DNA from: Candidatus Poribacteria bacterium
Lineage (GTDB): Bacteria > Poribacteria > WGA-4E > WGA-3G
Reading direction: 5' to 3'
NCBI GenBank assembly: GCA_009843785.1
Contig: VYCT01000090.1
Span: 1 to 63,356 of the forward strand
Length of the DNA stretch: 63,356 bases
Each line of letters starts with the position of its first letter. Positions within the stretch are counted from its first letter, which is position 1. Both the position numbers and the translations under genes were made by a program. Under the pieces are notes generated by a model, which was not told where the DNA came from, did not search any database, and saw nothing but the letters and a program-made list of their open reading frames with translations. Of the stretch, positions 1 through 9,646 are shown in pieces.

Positions 1-95
1 GTTTAACGCACTTTTTAACAACTTTTTGCAAGTCCAAAACGACTAATTCCGTTATGAAATGTCAAAGAAAATCTGGAACAGAACCCTTCAGTAAG

Positions 96-121
96 AATCG
101 GGGTTACAAATCCCTCCTACA
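96..121 (-). repeat. GTAG-type REP-like palindrome (TGTAGGAGGGATTTGTAACCCCGATT)
   Basis: Near-identical copy (23/26) at 37929..37954; reverse complement begins TGTAG and is followed by an imperfect hairpin; intergenic. Confidence 0.6.
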
Positions 122-224
122 AGAGTGAGGCAGACAATTGAAGGATGTACTGCACGCGGTTTTTTAGACCACTCCCTAAACCAAGATTGTGGTATAATAC
201 AATCTTAGAGAAAGGAGAAATCTG

Positions 225-479
225 ATGGCGAAACGAAAACGAAGAACTTTCACCGCCGAGTATAAAACCGAGGTCGTTCTTGATGCCCTTCGCGGTGAAA
301 GTTCCCAAGTGGAACTCTGTCGTCAACATAACCTCAGCGAAGATCAACTCTCAAAATGGAAGCAGCAGTTCCTTGAAAATGCGGTGTCTGTGTTGCTCCG
401 CTTGATAAGCAATCGAGCAAGGATGCTGAGCGTATCGTCCATCTTGAACACCTCGTTGGGAGAATGGCGGGCGCCTTAG
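225..479 (+). pseudogene. IS3 orfA (HTH transposase subunit), frameshifted near 390
   Basis: MAKRKRRTFTAEYKTEVVLDAL...ELCRQHNLSEDQLSKWKQQFLE is HTH_Tnp_1-like; the natural C-terminus (DKQSSKDAERIVHLEHLVGRM...QKKLL) lies in another frame. Confidence 0.85.
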
Positions 480-673
480 ACATCCAAAAAAAACTATTGA
501 CGGAGCTGGACGGACGTTAGCTGAAAAGCGGTGCCATATTTTGGCATTGCGACAGGAGCATTCCGTGCGAGATATTTGTGAAATCCTCGAAGTCAACCGG
601 AGCAGTTTCTATTATGAACCGAGCGAGTCGCCCTCTGAAGCGGTTCTCCTCGCTGAAATAGAGAAACTCGCGG

Positions 674-1354
674 GTGCGTTATCCGAGATACGGGTATAGG
701 CGTATCACACAGATGCTACAGCGTCAGGGATACACCGTTGGCACGCGGCGTGTCGCTCGGTTGATGAGAGAGCATCATCTCTTAGTCGCTGTCAAGCGGG
801 CTTCCAGTCGAACAACACAGTCGCTTCAAGGCGAGAAACCTTGGAGCAACCGGCTCGAAAACCTTGAAGTCTCTCGTGAAGATCAGGGCTGGGTGGTAGA
901 TATGACTTATGTCCGTCTCAAGGGACGCTTCATCTACCTCGCAGTGCTGATGGATGTTTTCACCCGAGTGATCAAAGCGTGGCAACTCGGTTCACACTTG
1001 AGTCAATCTCTGACGCTCAAACCGCTGAAAGATGCGTTCTGCCGCAGCGTCTGTGAGGTACATCATTCCGATCAAGGCGCGCAGTATCTTTCAAACGCTT
1101 ATGTTGCCACGCTCAAGGCATACGGCGTTGAGATTTCTCTCGCACGGCGCGGCCGGCCTTGGGAGAACGGATATGCTGAAAGACTCATCCGCACGCTCAA
1201 AGAGGAAGCAATTCACCTCAATGACTATCAGGACATCCACGAGGCTCGCGAGGACATCGGGTATTTTATCACACAGGTGTATCATCAGAAACGCCCACAT
1301 TCGGCGTTAGGGTATTCGACATCTAAGGAATTTCAACGAAAAACCTTATCTTAA
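674..1354 (+). pseudogene. IS3 orfB DDE transposase/integrase core, with a frameshift at ~671 separating it from its N-terminal part
   Basis: YGYRRI, WVVDMTY, HHSDQGAQY, ENGYAERLIRTLKEE, YHQKRPHSALGY: rve integrase-core motifs. Confidence 0.9.
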
Positions 1355-1498
1355 TTGCGAAATTGTGGTCTAAATAAGCGTATGCACTTCAGAAACTCGC
1401 TTCTGCAGGTTCCGCGAGAACTGAGAAAAACAACCTGCTTTTAAGAGGTGTATACATGTTTTGTTTATATACCCCCTCCACCCTATAAAGGAACAATC

Positions 1499-3472
1499 AT
1501 GAAAAAACTATCACTATTCATTATTGCTTTTCTATGCCTCATTATATCCCTCGCTGATGCGGCACCAACTTACACCGTCAGAACAATCTATTTCTTACCT
1601 ATCAATACCACACACCAACAAGGGATTGATGATAGAATAGAGGAGTTGGTCAAAGGTGCTCAACAGTTCTATTTAGATGAGATGGATCGCCACGGTTATT
1701 CACCAAAGACGTTCAAACTTGAAACCGATGGTAGTGGTGATTTGGTTGTGCATCGTGTCAACGGCAAGTATTCAAACCAGCACTATTACCAAAACGGAAG
1801 TTCCCTTGTGGATGAACTGCCCCAACAATTCAGGACTCAAAATAACATTGCCCTGATTTTTATTGAAGGTGGCCCACGCGTGAGACCCGGAGTCTGCGGA
1901 TTAGGATGGGATTATGTCGGCACCGGAATCAGTAGTGGTTTCGCACTTGTCCCTGCGGATGGGGATTGTCTTACTATCTCCGTGGTCGCACATGAGCTCG
2001 GGCACACCTTCGGACTGCGGCATAACAACAGCGATAACACCTACCTGATGGGTGCAGGCACCGAGCATCTCGCACGTTGTGAGGTTGAATGGTTGGATGT
2101 CCATCATTATTTTAACGCCAGTCAAACTTTGAACGCCGCGCCTACGATTACGCGAAGATACCCGCTTGAAGTGGTTGAAGATGACAACGTTCGCTTGAAA
2201 ATTGACCTATCAGATACCGATGGACTTGTCCAAGCCCATTTCTATGTGCCAACAAATATTGAACTCATCGGATGTACATCTCTGACAGACCACAAGGATA
2301 CTGCCGAAATTATTGTGCCGAAATCTCGCATTGCAAGTGATGAAAAAGTGATCGTCCAAATTATAGATAAACGGGGCAATTACTACCTTTATGACTTGTC
2401 AACACATATTATCGAAAACGCCCCCGGCGTAACATACCTTTCACTCATCAATGGTGCCCAACCGATCTCCAACGATTTCGGGCTTAACCCGAAAAACCCA
2501 AGTTCTCAGTGGACATCATGGCGACAGCCGATTGACGACCGAACTAACAACGGAAACCCAATTGTGATTGATGGCATGGCATTTGAACGCGGTATTTCTG
2601 GCACCCCTTTTCACGAGTCGGATGCCATCTTCGACTACGATCTAACAGGTGCAAATTACACACAGTTTCAAGGATATATCGGTCTCGCAGATGAACACGA
2701 CCACGCAATGAGACCCAATGATAATAGCAGCTGTGGATTAGGCGGTTCAGTTTACTTCACTTTCAAAATAGATGGGAAACAGATCTATAAGTCTCAGAAA
2801 CTTACAGGGGCTGATGCACCGGTAAAAGTAGAATTCGCTATCCCCACGGATGCCAAAACGCTTCAGGTTCGTTTCAATTCTGCTGGTGACCGGCAGCATT
2901 GTGACACAGCATCCATAGGCGATGCAAAACTTTTGAGCACACCAACTATTGAACCTATCCAAGACGATATGAGCGCATCATATCCAGATGTCAACGGTGA
3001 TGGATACGTAAACGTTGTTGATCTCGTGCTAACTGCCGCTCGCTACGGTGAACAGATTGTGGGGAATCCGTCTCCGAACCCCGATGTCAACCGCGATGGG
3101 ATTGTCGATATAGACGATATTATCTTGATTGCGAAAGAGATGCCGATAGGGTCCGCCCCATCACTTGAAAGACTATTCCCTGAAACAGCACTCCTCCCAA
3201 ACTTTCCGAACCCATTCAACCCTGAAACGTGGATCCCCTACCAGTTATCGTCTCCCGCGAATGTGGATGTGCGTATCTACACAGTCAATGGGGAACTCGT
3301 CAGATGGCTATCATTGGGTTATCAAGATGCTGGGAGTTATCAACGCAAAAGTCGCGCTGTCTACTGGGATGGCAGAAACGCCGTCGGTGAATCTGTGGCG
3401 AGTGGTGTCTATTTCTATACGCTCAAAGCTGGCGATTTTTCTGCGACGCGGAAGATGTTAATACACAAGTAA
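1499..3472 (+). CDS. Secreted metzincin-type zinc metallopeptidase with NPCBM/NEW2-like domain, type I dockerin and FlgD-like/T9SS-type C-terminal domain
   Basis: Signal peptide MKKLSLFIIAFLCLIISLADA (start moved to ATG 1499); HELGHTFGLRH plus Met-turn YLM; FERGISG...YDLTGANYTQFQGYIGLAD; duplicated DVNGDGYVNVVDLV/DVNRDGIVDIDDII; LLPNFPNPFNPETWIPYQL...WDGRNAVGESVASGVYFY. Confidence 0.85.
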   Translation: MKKLSLFIIAFLCLIISLADAAPTYTVRTIYFLPINTTHQQGIDDRIEELVKGAQQFYLDEMDRHGYSPKTFKLETDGSGDLVVHRVNGKYSNQHYYQNGSSLVDELPQQFRTQNNIALIFIEGGPRVRPGVCGLGWDYVGTGISSGFALVPADGDCLTISVVAHELGHTFGLRHNNSDNTYLMGAGTEHLARCEVEWLDVHHYFNASQTLNAAPTITRRYPLEVVEDDNVRLKIDLSDTDGLVQAHFYVPTNIELIGCTSLTDHKDTAEIIVPKSRIASDEKVIVQIIDKRGNYYLYDLSTHIIENAPGVTYLSLINGAQPISNDFGLNPKNPSSQWTSWRQPIDDRTNNGNPIVIDGMAFERGISGTPFHESDAIFDYDLTGANYTQFQGYIGLADEHDHAMRPNDNSSCGLGGSVYFTFKIDGKQIYKSQKLTGADAPVKVEFAIPTDAKTLQVRFNSAGDRQHCDTASIGDAKLLSTPTIEPIQDDMSASYPDVNGDGYVNVVDLVLTAARYGEQIVGNPSPNPDVNRDGIVDIDDIILIAKEMPIGSAPSLERLFPETALLPNFPNPFNPETWIPYQLSSPANVDVRIYTVNGELVRWLSLGYQDAGSYQRKSRAVYWDGRNAVGESVASGVYFYTLKAGDFSATRKMLIHK

Positions 3473-3594
3473 CGTTTACCAGAGAAACACGGAAGGTTGG
3501 AAAGTTAAAAGGTAACACGCTTCCAGTCTTCCATGCATCTCCCCTATTGCAGGTTGCGATCGGAAAACGACGCAAAAGGAGTTTGTTATGAAAA

Positions 3595-4040
3595 ATGTTA
3601 ATTATGAATCGTAAAATCACCGTGTCCATTCTCATGGGGGTAGTGTTGATATGTAGTGTACAAACTACAAGTTACGCTGGTATTGTCTCAGTTGAACCAG
3701 GTGATAACGACACCTCACTAATCGTCACATTTGAGTTCAGTTATACGGAGGATGCTTCGGGTTCCGCAAGTGAAACCTTTCTCTTTGAATGGAGGCAAAA
3801 AACACCACAAGGGGAGTGGCAGTCTGCCGAGAAAACATATACAGAGAATTGGGGGGGGCGCACTGGCAGCGTACCGTAGAAAAAAGTTATACAATTGAAG
3901 GACTTATTCCCGAAACTACGTACGAGGTGCGCGTGGATAGAGGTGTCATTCACGAAGGAACGAGAACCTTTATACCACTTTTAATTTCGACCTCGCCTGC
4001 GTTAACAAAGGCGACTTTGGATGAAGGGGTTCACTGCAGT
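3595..4040 (+). pseudogene. Secreted fibronectin type III-like protein, frameshifted at a G8 run (3851..3858) and 3'-truncated
   Basis: Signal-like N-terminus; adding one G joins TENWGG to AHWQRTVEKSYTIEGLIPETTYEVRV (FN3-like YTIxGLxPxTxYxVxV); sequence turns AT-rich and IS-like after ~4035. Confidence 0.65.
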
Positions 4041-4138
4041 GTTCTAAAACCTATAAAAACCTACAAAAACATAGTAAAATCTATCACGATTTTCTAAACT
4101 TTTTTCTTGCTTACGAGAAATGGCAGGCGACGCACTGT

Positions 4139-4963
4139 TTGCCAAAGCAAGTGCCAACGGAAATGCGCGGACGTCCACGGAAACTGCATCCCAGCGAAGT
4201 GATGACGCTCCTCATCGCCTTCCATCAAAGTGGGTATCAGACGTTTAAGCATTTTTACCAAAGACACGTCTGTGTCTACTGGCGCGACGAGTTTCCGTAT
4301 CTGGTGAGTTATTCTCGTTTCGTGCAGCTGAAACAAGAAGTCCTGACGGTCTTGACGTTTTATCTCTCAGTACACCTTGGCACCTGTAGGGGTATCTCTT
4401 TCATTGATTCAACACGGCTGCGGGTTTGCGACAACAGGCGAATTTCATCGCACCGCGTCTTTGCCTTAGAAGCCGGATGCTCGAAAACATCTATGGGGTG
4501 GTTCTATGGTTTCAAACTTCACTTAGTGATTAATGACACCGGTGAAATCTTAGACGTTGAGTTGCCCCCTGGTAATACCGATGACCGTAGCCCCTTGCCA
4601 AAGTTCGCTGAAGGGCTACATGGGAGTCTCTACGCGGATAAAGGATATATCTCCAAAGACCTTCGGGAGCTGCTCCGTGAGCAAGGTGTCAACTTGGTCT
4701 ACAAAGTTCGCAAGAACATGGACCCATTGGACTTATCGGTTTCTGATGAGGTGCTGCTGAAAAAACGCATGCTCATTGAATCGGTGATCAAGATATTGAA
4801 AACCCAAACATAGTTAGAGCACACTCGGCACCGAAACGACGTTAACTTTCAAGTCAACGTCGTCTCAGCTTTGATTGCTTATCAGCTTTTGGAGAACAAG
4901 CCATCGCTGAACTTTTCTGAACTTCAGCAAATCAGCGATTTACCGATGCTTTCTAAACCATAA
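4139..4963 (+). pseudogene. IS982-family transposase with in-frame TAG at 4811..4813 and a damaged 5' end
   Basis: SYSRFV, FIDST, GWFYGFKLHLVIN, GNTDDR, LYADKGY, RMLIESV; the frame continues after the stop as LEHTRHR...NVVSALIAY...KPSL; terminal AAACTCACGT at 4973..4982. Confidence 0.9.
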
Positions 4964-5028
4964 ACTTTTTTCAAACTCACGTTTAGAAATAACTTTATCA
5001 GACATAAATTGCCCCCTTTCCATTGAAC

Positions 5029-5331
5029 TCATAGCGAGTAAGCGGTAAGAATGCAAAGCAGATGGGGATCTGAGGCGGAGAGAAAAGGACACAAAATCCG
5101 AATTGCTAGCCCTGATGGGGTCCAGGTGTCTATCCACTCTCGAAGTTTTCTAGGTGTTCGGGTTGAGATGATCAATCCCTCAACAGCTTCGCGATATTCT
5201 TCACTTTCAAGGATTGCCTCAATTTCAGCGACACTGATCCCTGTCCTCTCTGCTATCGTTTCGTACTTTATATTGGTATTGTGAAACCAAAATCGTGCAG
5301 CTAACAATTCTGCTTGTGTAAACATTCGCAA
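5029..5331 (-). CDS. Small HTH-like hypothetical protein
   Basis: AGGAGA SD upstream; YETIAERTGISVAEIEAIL is HTH-like; homologous by eye to the C-terminus of 47274..48086. Confidence 0.7.
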   Translation of the reverse strand: MRMFTQAELLAARFWFHNTNIKYETIAERTGISVAEIEAILESEEYREAVEGLIISTRTPRKLREWIDTWTPSGLAIRILCPFLSASDPHLLCILTAYSL

Positions 5332-5353
5332 GCCTAATCTCCTTGTATTTTCA

Positions 5354-5389
5354 TAAAAAAGGCAGCAGACAGGGAATCCACCGCCTTTG
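5354..5389 (-). terminator. Putative intrinsic terminator
   Basis: Minus strand AAAGGCGGTGG...CTGCTGCCTTTTTT: GC stem followed by a U-run, just downstream of 5406..5891. Confidence 0.5.
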
Positions 5390-5405
5390 TGTTAGGTTCG
5401 TTCGG

Positions 5406-5891
5406 TTATAGACTTCCAAATAGGCAATCCATAACCTTATCCCAATGTGGATATTCAAAAACAGGCAAGACATGATTGGTTTCGTAGTCTTCCCACGACG
5501 AGGGTGCAGTCTCCCTCATACAATAGTTTGTAGGCGTTTCTGGATTACCTAAGACAATTGCGGTAATACCTGGTATTTCTCCATAGATCCAATCATCTGA
5601 TTCTTGCAAATCATAAAGCGTTCTGTGAATCCACGCAAGAGCAAACCCTATCGTCCAATTGAATTGTTTCATATCTGGCACAATCGCCGCGGCTAATTCC
5701 CGCATAAGTATTGCCCTCGGTTTTTCTGCCGATGCACATAAAATTAAAACCGGCAGTGCTTTCTGTGCCGCCTTTTGTGTTTTCAGATTACCAAAAATAT
5801 CTCGATTAAAACGTCGATTTTGCATTTTATGCAACTCCTTTTTATTCTCTGGAACAGACTGTTTCTTAGGAAATTCTCTCCTGTTTGACAC
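5406..5891 (-). CDS. Hypothetical protein, possible stand-alone winged-helix domain
   Basis: 161-aa ORF, start uncertain; ALPVLI..A....I..RELA....L..I...L......IPGITAIV....P....VFEY.W resembles wH domains seen near restriction nucleases (by eye). Confidence 0.65.
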   Translation of the reverse strand: MSNRREFPKKQSVPENKKELHKMQNRRFNRDIFGNLKTQKAAQKALPVLILCASAEKPRAILMRELAAAIVPDMKQFNWTIGFALAWIHRTLYDLQESDDWIYGEIPGITAIVLGNPETPTNYCMRETAPSSWEDYETNHVLPVFEYPHWDKVMDCLFGSL

Positions 5892-6026
5892 TATGGAGTG
5901 GGAGCCGCTTTATAGCAATGCCACCCAAAACTGGTTTAAGTAATATATCACACAAAAACCAAAATTGCAAGAGAAAATGCCCCGAACTAAATAGCCCTGC
6001 TCCGTCACAGATTTGCACGGAAGCCT

Positions 6027-9000
6027 CTATTCCGCATCTCCAATTGATGATTGAACAATTTTTCGTTCTTCTGCTTCCAATCCGTATAGACTATAGACTA
6101 ACTTATCAATTTTCCGTTCTTTCTTCAACATACAAACTTCTGGATTGTCCCGCTTCGCTGCCATAATCTGCTCTGCTAATTCAACGATAGGTTCCTGGAC
6201 TTCCGTTGTTACAACAGGGATTGGTATCTTGCCAACATAGTCCTCGTCAAAATGCATAGTCCTAACAGAGGAAGCAAAAATAAATTTATGGGCGTACCAG
6301 TTTATCAACTCCGAATTCAGAAGAGCCGAGATAAAAATCGGGGAGATGTTTCTATCAGTAAGAACAGTATTTGTTACTGTATCTACGCTTAACAGGTCGC
6401 CTGTCTGATCGGCTGTTACGATAATTTTGATATGTGGCTTTGGCTCTGTAATATGTGCTATAATGTTCTGTGACATCACCTTCGGTTGTTGTAAAAATTC
6501 GACTTTTTCATTTGGGGAATCTGAATCTTCAGGAGGTTCTAAGTCTTGGGAATTTACAAAACCCTTGATCCCATTTGTCCCGTACCGAACGATCTGTTTC
6601 CCCCCAACGACTGGAACATCACCGGATCCACTCAGTCTGCTTTGCCACGGTAACCCTCGCTTTGTATCGGAAATGTTTTTCATCAATTTCCCAATTCGTC
6701 TCACCTTTAGACCGATTTGAATCTCTTCAGTCGAAACATCGCATATCCACGTTTGAAACTGTCGCGAATCGGTATGACATATTTCCATTTTATTCTCACA
6801 GGTCTCGTCAACAAATTTATAGGCTTCATAAAAATTTTCTGTCCAGCAGGCATCATAGATGAAAATGACCTGCTCCAGTTTGACTCCTTTAAAAGCCTCT
6901 CCTACGTCAACTAAAACCCGAGTTTTTCCCAACAATGCGAAAAACAGCGTCCGCCAACTTTCGACAAATAAGAGTGACTTCGGCACGATAAAAGCAAGCA
7001 TCCCATCTGATTTCAGCAAACGGTTTTTAGCAATGTCTATGAAAAACGCAGCACTATTTTTATTTTTTCCGGTATCTGTCACGATAGCACCCAAATGCCT
7101 CTTTTCAAAAGAATCAAGTTCCGCACCGTATGGTGGATTCCCAATGACTGCGTCAAAGCCGGGGTTTTCCAATTTGTTGCCAGATTCGTCGCAAAAGACT
7201 TCTGGAAATTCAATCTCCCAGTGAAAATAGCGATAGTCTTCCGCTAATTGTTGTGCTTCCTGATAACCTTGCACGTTAGAAAAGTCTGCCACCTGTCCGG
7301 ATTTCAGAGCATTGAGTATATTATGGTAATCACCACGCTTAACCATATTGCCAAAATAGACACTCAACCAAAGATTCGCAACGCTCCTGTGTTGATTGAG
7401 TGTCTGCTGTGCTTGTTCCAGTTCTTGCTCCATAACGTGAATATCGTCAATAGTTGTACTCTCCATACTATCAATCACGAGATAGTGTCCGACTGCTTCA
7501 GAGACAGTGTCTGCGAACTCGAAAACCATATCTAAAGCAGGTTGGGGTGTTTCCTGGGAACGTCGAGATTTTTGGATTACAGGTAAATTCGCGAGATGAG
7601 CTATATTTGCCCCAACCAACGAATTTCCACACCGGATATGGTGATCCAAAAATGAAAGCGGCTTTCCTTTTGATACGGTGTGGAGCCAGAGAGATACTTT
7701 CGCTAACTCTACTGCCATCGGGTTTTGGTCTACACCATAGATACACGTTTCGACGACGCGTCTGCGCCAATAGGCAATTTCTGTGTCAACGTCGCCAGTT
7801 TGCAAGGGTGGTGTGTCAGGATGGGTTACCAATTCCAATGCCAAGTAATCAATCACGCCAATAAGGAAATGTCCACTTCCCATAGCCGGGTCTAACACCT
7901 TAAGCTTCAAAATTTCCTTAAATGCTTTTCGCTTACAAAGGGGATTTAGTGCGTTTTCAACCATCGATCGCACAATCGCATCGGAAGTATAATAACTACC
8001 ACTCGCCTTTTTAGCGGTTTTACTTTTCTTTAATTTGATTCTTTCAGTCTGACTCTCCACAGTCGGCTCATATTCAAGCAGGCCTTCATAAACATTCCCC
8101 AGATGCTGAATCGCCAAATCTTGATAAGCGATCCGTTCTCGCTCTTTCGTCCGAGTTAATGTATCTATGACCTCAGCGAGAGATCGGTTCCCAATTTTCT
8201 TCTCTACCAGAAATCGATGACGTTTTGGATTGAAAAGACCCCCATTATATTGAGGGATGCTTTCTTCCCATCCCTTGTCGATAAGTGTAAACAAGGTTTG
8301 GAGTCGATTCCAATAATCGCTTCGTAAATCAGGAATTACGGATTCAGTGTCTAATGTGCCGTGTATCTCGGTAGCAATTCTCTCCAAACTGTATTCCTGC
8401 TGATATTCAGGATTCTCAAGTGGAAGGAGTCCACGACTTTCAGCGTATAGCACAAACAGCAGACGATACAGCAGAATAAGGCTGCTTTCATGTATTTTCT
8501 TTACATCGGCAGCAGCAGTCGTTAAATTGTTTCCTTGATAGTCTAAAAATCCGTTGATGAGTTCCTCCAACGCCAAATATATCTTCTCTCCAAGATCATC
8601 TGAAACTGAAACAGTATAACGGATACTGCCTGATAACATATCATCCAGAAAAGAGCGATTGGAAGTATCTGGAACGAATGCCTCACGCCGAAAAAGATAG
8701 TAGAAATAACGAAATGCGTCTATATCGTCATCGGTTAGTATCTTTTCAAGGTTAACTTCGTAAAAACTATCCAACTTATAACTTGTATCGCGATGATAAA
8801 GCCGCCATAATTTGCCGCTCGTCAGGATTCCCCATGTGAGTTCTGATGTGCGAATATAGTAATCAATCTGATGGCTTGGATTATTATTGGAAAAGGGATC
8901 CCCGCTCCCCACTAATTTTTTATCAAGGTTCCTGGTCCACGCCTTAGCATCGCCAACAACGATTGCTGTGTTGAAAAAGGTATCTGTATCAATCTGCTGA

Positions 9001-9296
9001 CGTACTTCATCCAATGATTCTTGGTCCGCAAAAAAGGCATAATCCGGCCGCTTTGGACCTAAGGATGTTCGTAGTAGGGGTTGCACTTCAAAGACATGTC
9101 CGAGGTGTCTCAGCACTGGCCGGATGAACTGTTCTTCTGTCTGTGCTTCATTCCGTGTCTCTACAAAATCAGCTACAGAGATATAAAGCTGTTTAATCTG
9201 TGCGTAGGCAGATTCTAAGGTAGCTGATGCCTGATCGTTTACGACCTTCTCAAGATGATAACTGGAAAATAAAGCATTGTTAAAGGATGGTGTCAT
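6027..9296 (-). CDS. Type IIG (Eco57I-like) fused restriction endonuclease / N6-adenine DNA methyltransferase with C-terminal target-recognition domain
   Basis: N-terminal NEAQTEEQFIRPVL...PDYAFF...GDAK nuclease motifs; motif I VLDPAMGSGHFL; motif IV GFDAVIGNPPY; TaqI_C-like tail (PKVMSQNII...ALLNSELINWY). Confidence 0.9.
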   Translation of the reverse strand: MTPSFNNALFSSYHLEKVVNDQASATLESAYAQIKQLYISVADFVETRNEAQTEEQFIRPVLRHLGHVFEVQPLLRTSLGPKRPDYAFFADQESLDEVRQQIDTDTFFNTAIVVGDAKAWTRNLDKKLVGSGDPFSNNNPSHQIDYYIRTSELTWGILTSGKLWRLYHRDTSYKLDSFYEVNLEKILTDDDIDAFRYFYYLFRREAFVPDTSNRSFLDDMLSGSIRYTVSVSDDLGEKIYLALEELINGFLDYQGNNLTTAAADVKKIHESSLILLYRLLFVLYAESRGLLPLENPEYQQEYSLERIATEIHGTLDTESVIPDLRSDYWNRLQTLFTLIDKGWEESIPQYNGGLFNPKRHRFLVEKKIGNRSLAEVIDTLTRTKERERIAYQDLAIQHLGNVYEGLLEYEPTVESQTERIKLKKSKTAKKASGSYYTSDAIVRSMVENALNPLCKRKAFKEILKLKVLDPAMGSGHFLIGVIDYLALELVTHPDTPPLQTGDVDTEIAYWRRRVVETCIYGVDQNPMAVELAKVSLWLHTVSKGKPLSFLDHHIRCGNSLVGANIAHLANLPVIQKSRRSQETPQPALDMVFEFADTVSEAVGHYLVIDSMESTTIDDIHVMEQELEQAQQTLNQHRSVANLWLSVYFGNMVKRGDYHNILNALKSGQVADFSNVQGYQEAQQLAEDYRYFHWEIEFPEVFCDESGNKLENPGFDAVIGNPPYGAELDSFEKRHLGAIVTDTGKNKNSAAFFIDIAKNRLLKSDGMLAFIVPKSLLFVESWRTLFFALLGKTRVLVDVGEAFKGVKLEQVIFIYDACWTENFYEAYKFVDETCENKMEICHTDSRQFQTWICDVSTEEIQIGLKVRRIGKLMKNISDTKRGLPWQSRLSGSGDVPVVGGKQIVRYGTNGIKGFVNSQDLEPPEDSDSPNEKVEFLQQPKVMSQNIIAHITEPKPHIKIIVTADQTGDLLSVDTVTNTVLTDRNISPIFISALLNSELINWYAHKFIFASSVRTMHFDEDYVGKIPIPVVTTEVQEPIVELAEQIMAAKRDNPEVCMLKKERKIDKLVYSLYGLEAEERKIVQSSIGDAE

Positions 9297-9376
9297 TTTT
9301 GATTTCTATATGTTAAGTAGCATAGGTTGTCTACTAAGACACCTATCAACCTCGCAAAACGAACTTTACTACAAAA

Positions 9377-9386
9377 ACGTGAGTTT
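9377..9386 (+). mobile_element. Isolated IS982-type terminal inverted repeat
   Basis: ACGTGAGTTT, exact reverse complement of the IS982 end at 4973..4982. Confidence 0.5.
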
Positions 9387-9646
9387 AAAAAAAGGAGGGT
9401 GTGAACCCAATAATGATGATAGAGTTAGCAAGATACCCTCTAAACCCCGCTACATCATTTCTCAACTGTAGCAATGATAACAGATAAGAAGAGAAGTCGT
9501 CAATAAAAAATGGCACTTTTTTATTCACACCTCCATCTAAAACTTGTATACTCAGTAGAAACAAACACATTCCTATCGGAGCCCAAAATGTCAACACACA
9601 CATTACGTCAAAAATGGACACCCCAACGAAAAACAACATTATTTAG

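Larger units (their letters stand above)
146..1391 (+). mobile_element. IS3-family insertion sequence, decayed
   Basis: 27-bp imperfect terminal inverted repeats at 146..172 (TGTACTGCAC...TAGACCAC) and 1365..1391 (21/27 match, TG...CA ends); orfA/orfB layout; A8 slippery run at 486..493; no target duplication seen. Confidence 0.9.

Noticed and set aside
6027-9296. BREX PglX or DISARM methylase
   Set aside because: No BrxC/PglZ/DrmABC-type neighbours; it has its own N-terminal nuclease motifs, consistent with stand-alone type IIG
9385-9639. 84-aa minus-strand ORF with FFIDDF resembling an IS982 N-terminus
   Set aside because: The match is too short and the rest is not transposase-like
4139-9646. 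Intact composite transposon carrying the R-M cassette
   Set aside because: Only the inner IS982 ends are identifiable; the outer ends are damaged and no target duplication was found
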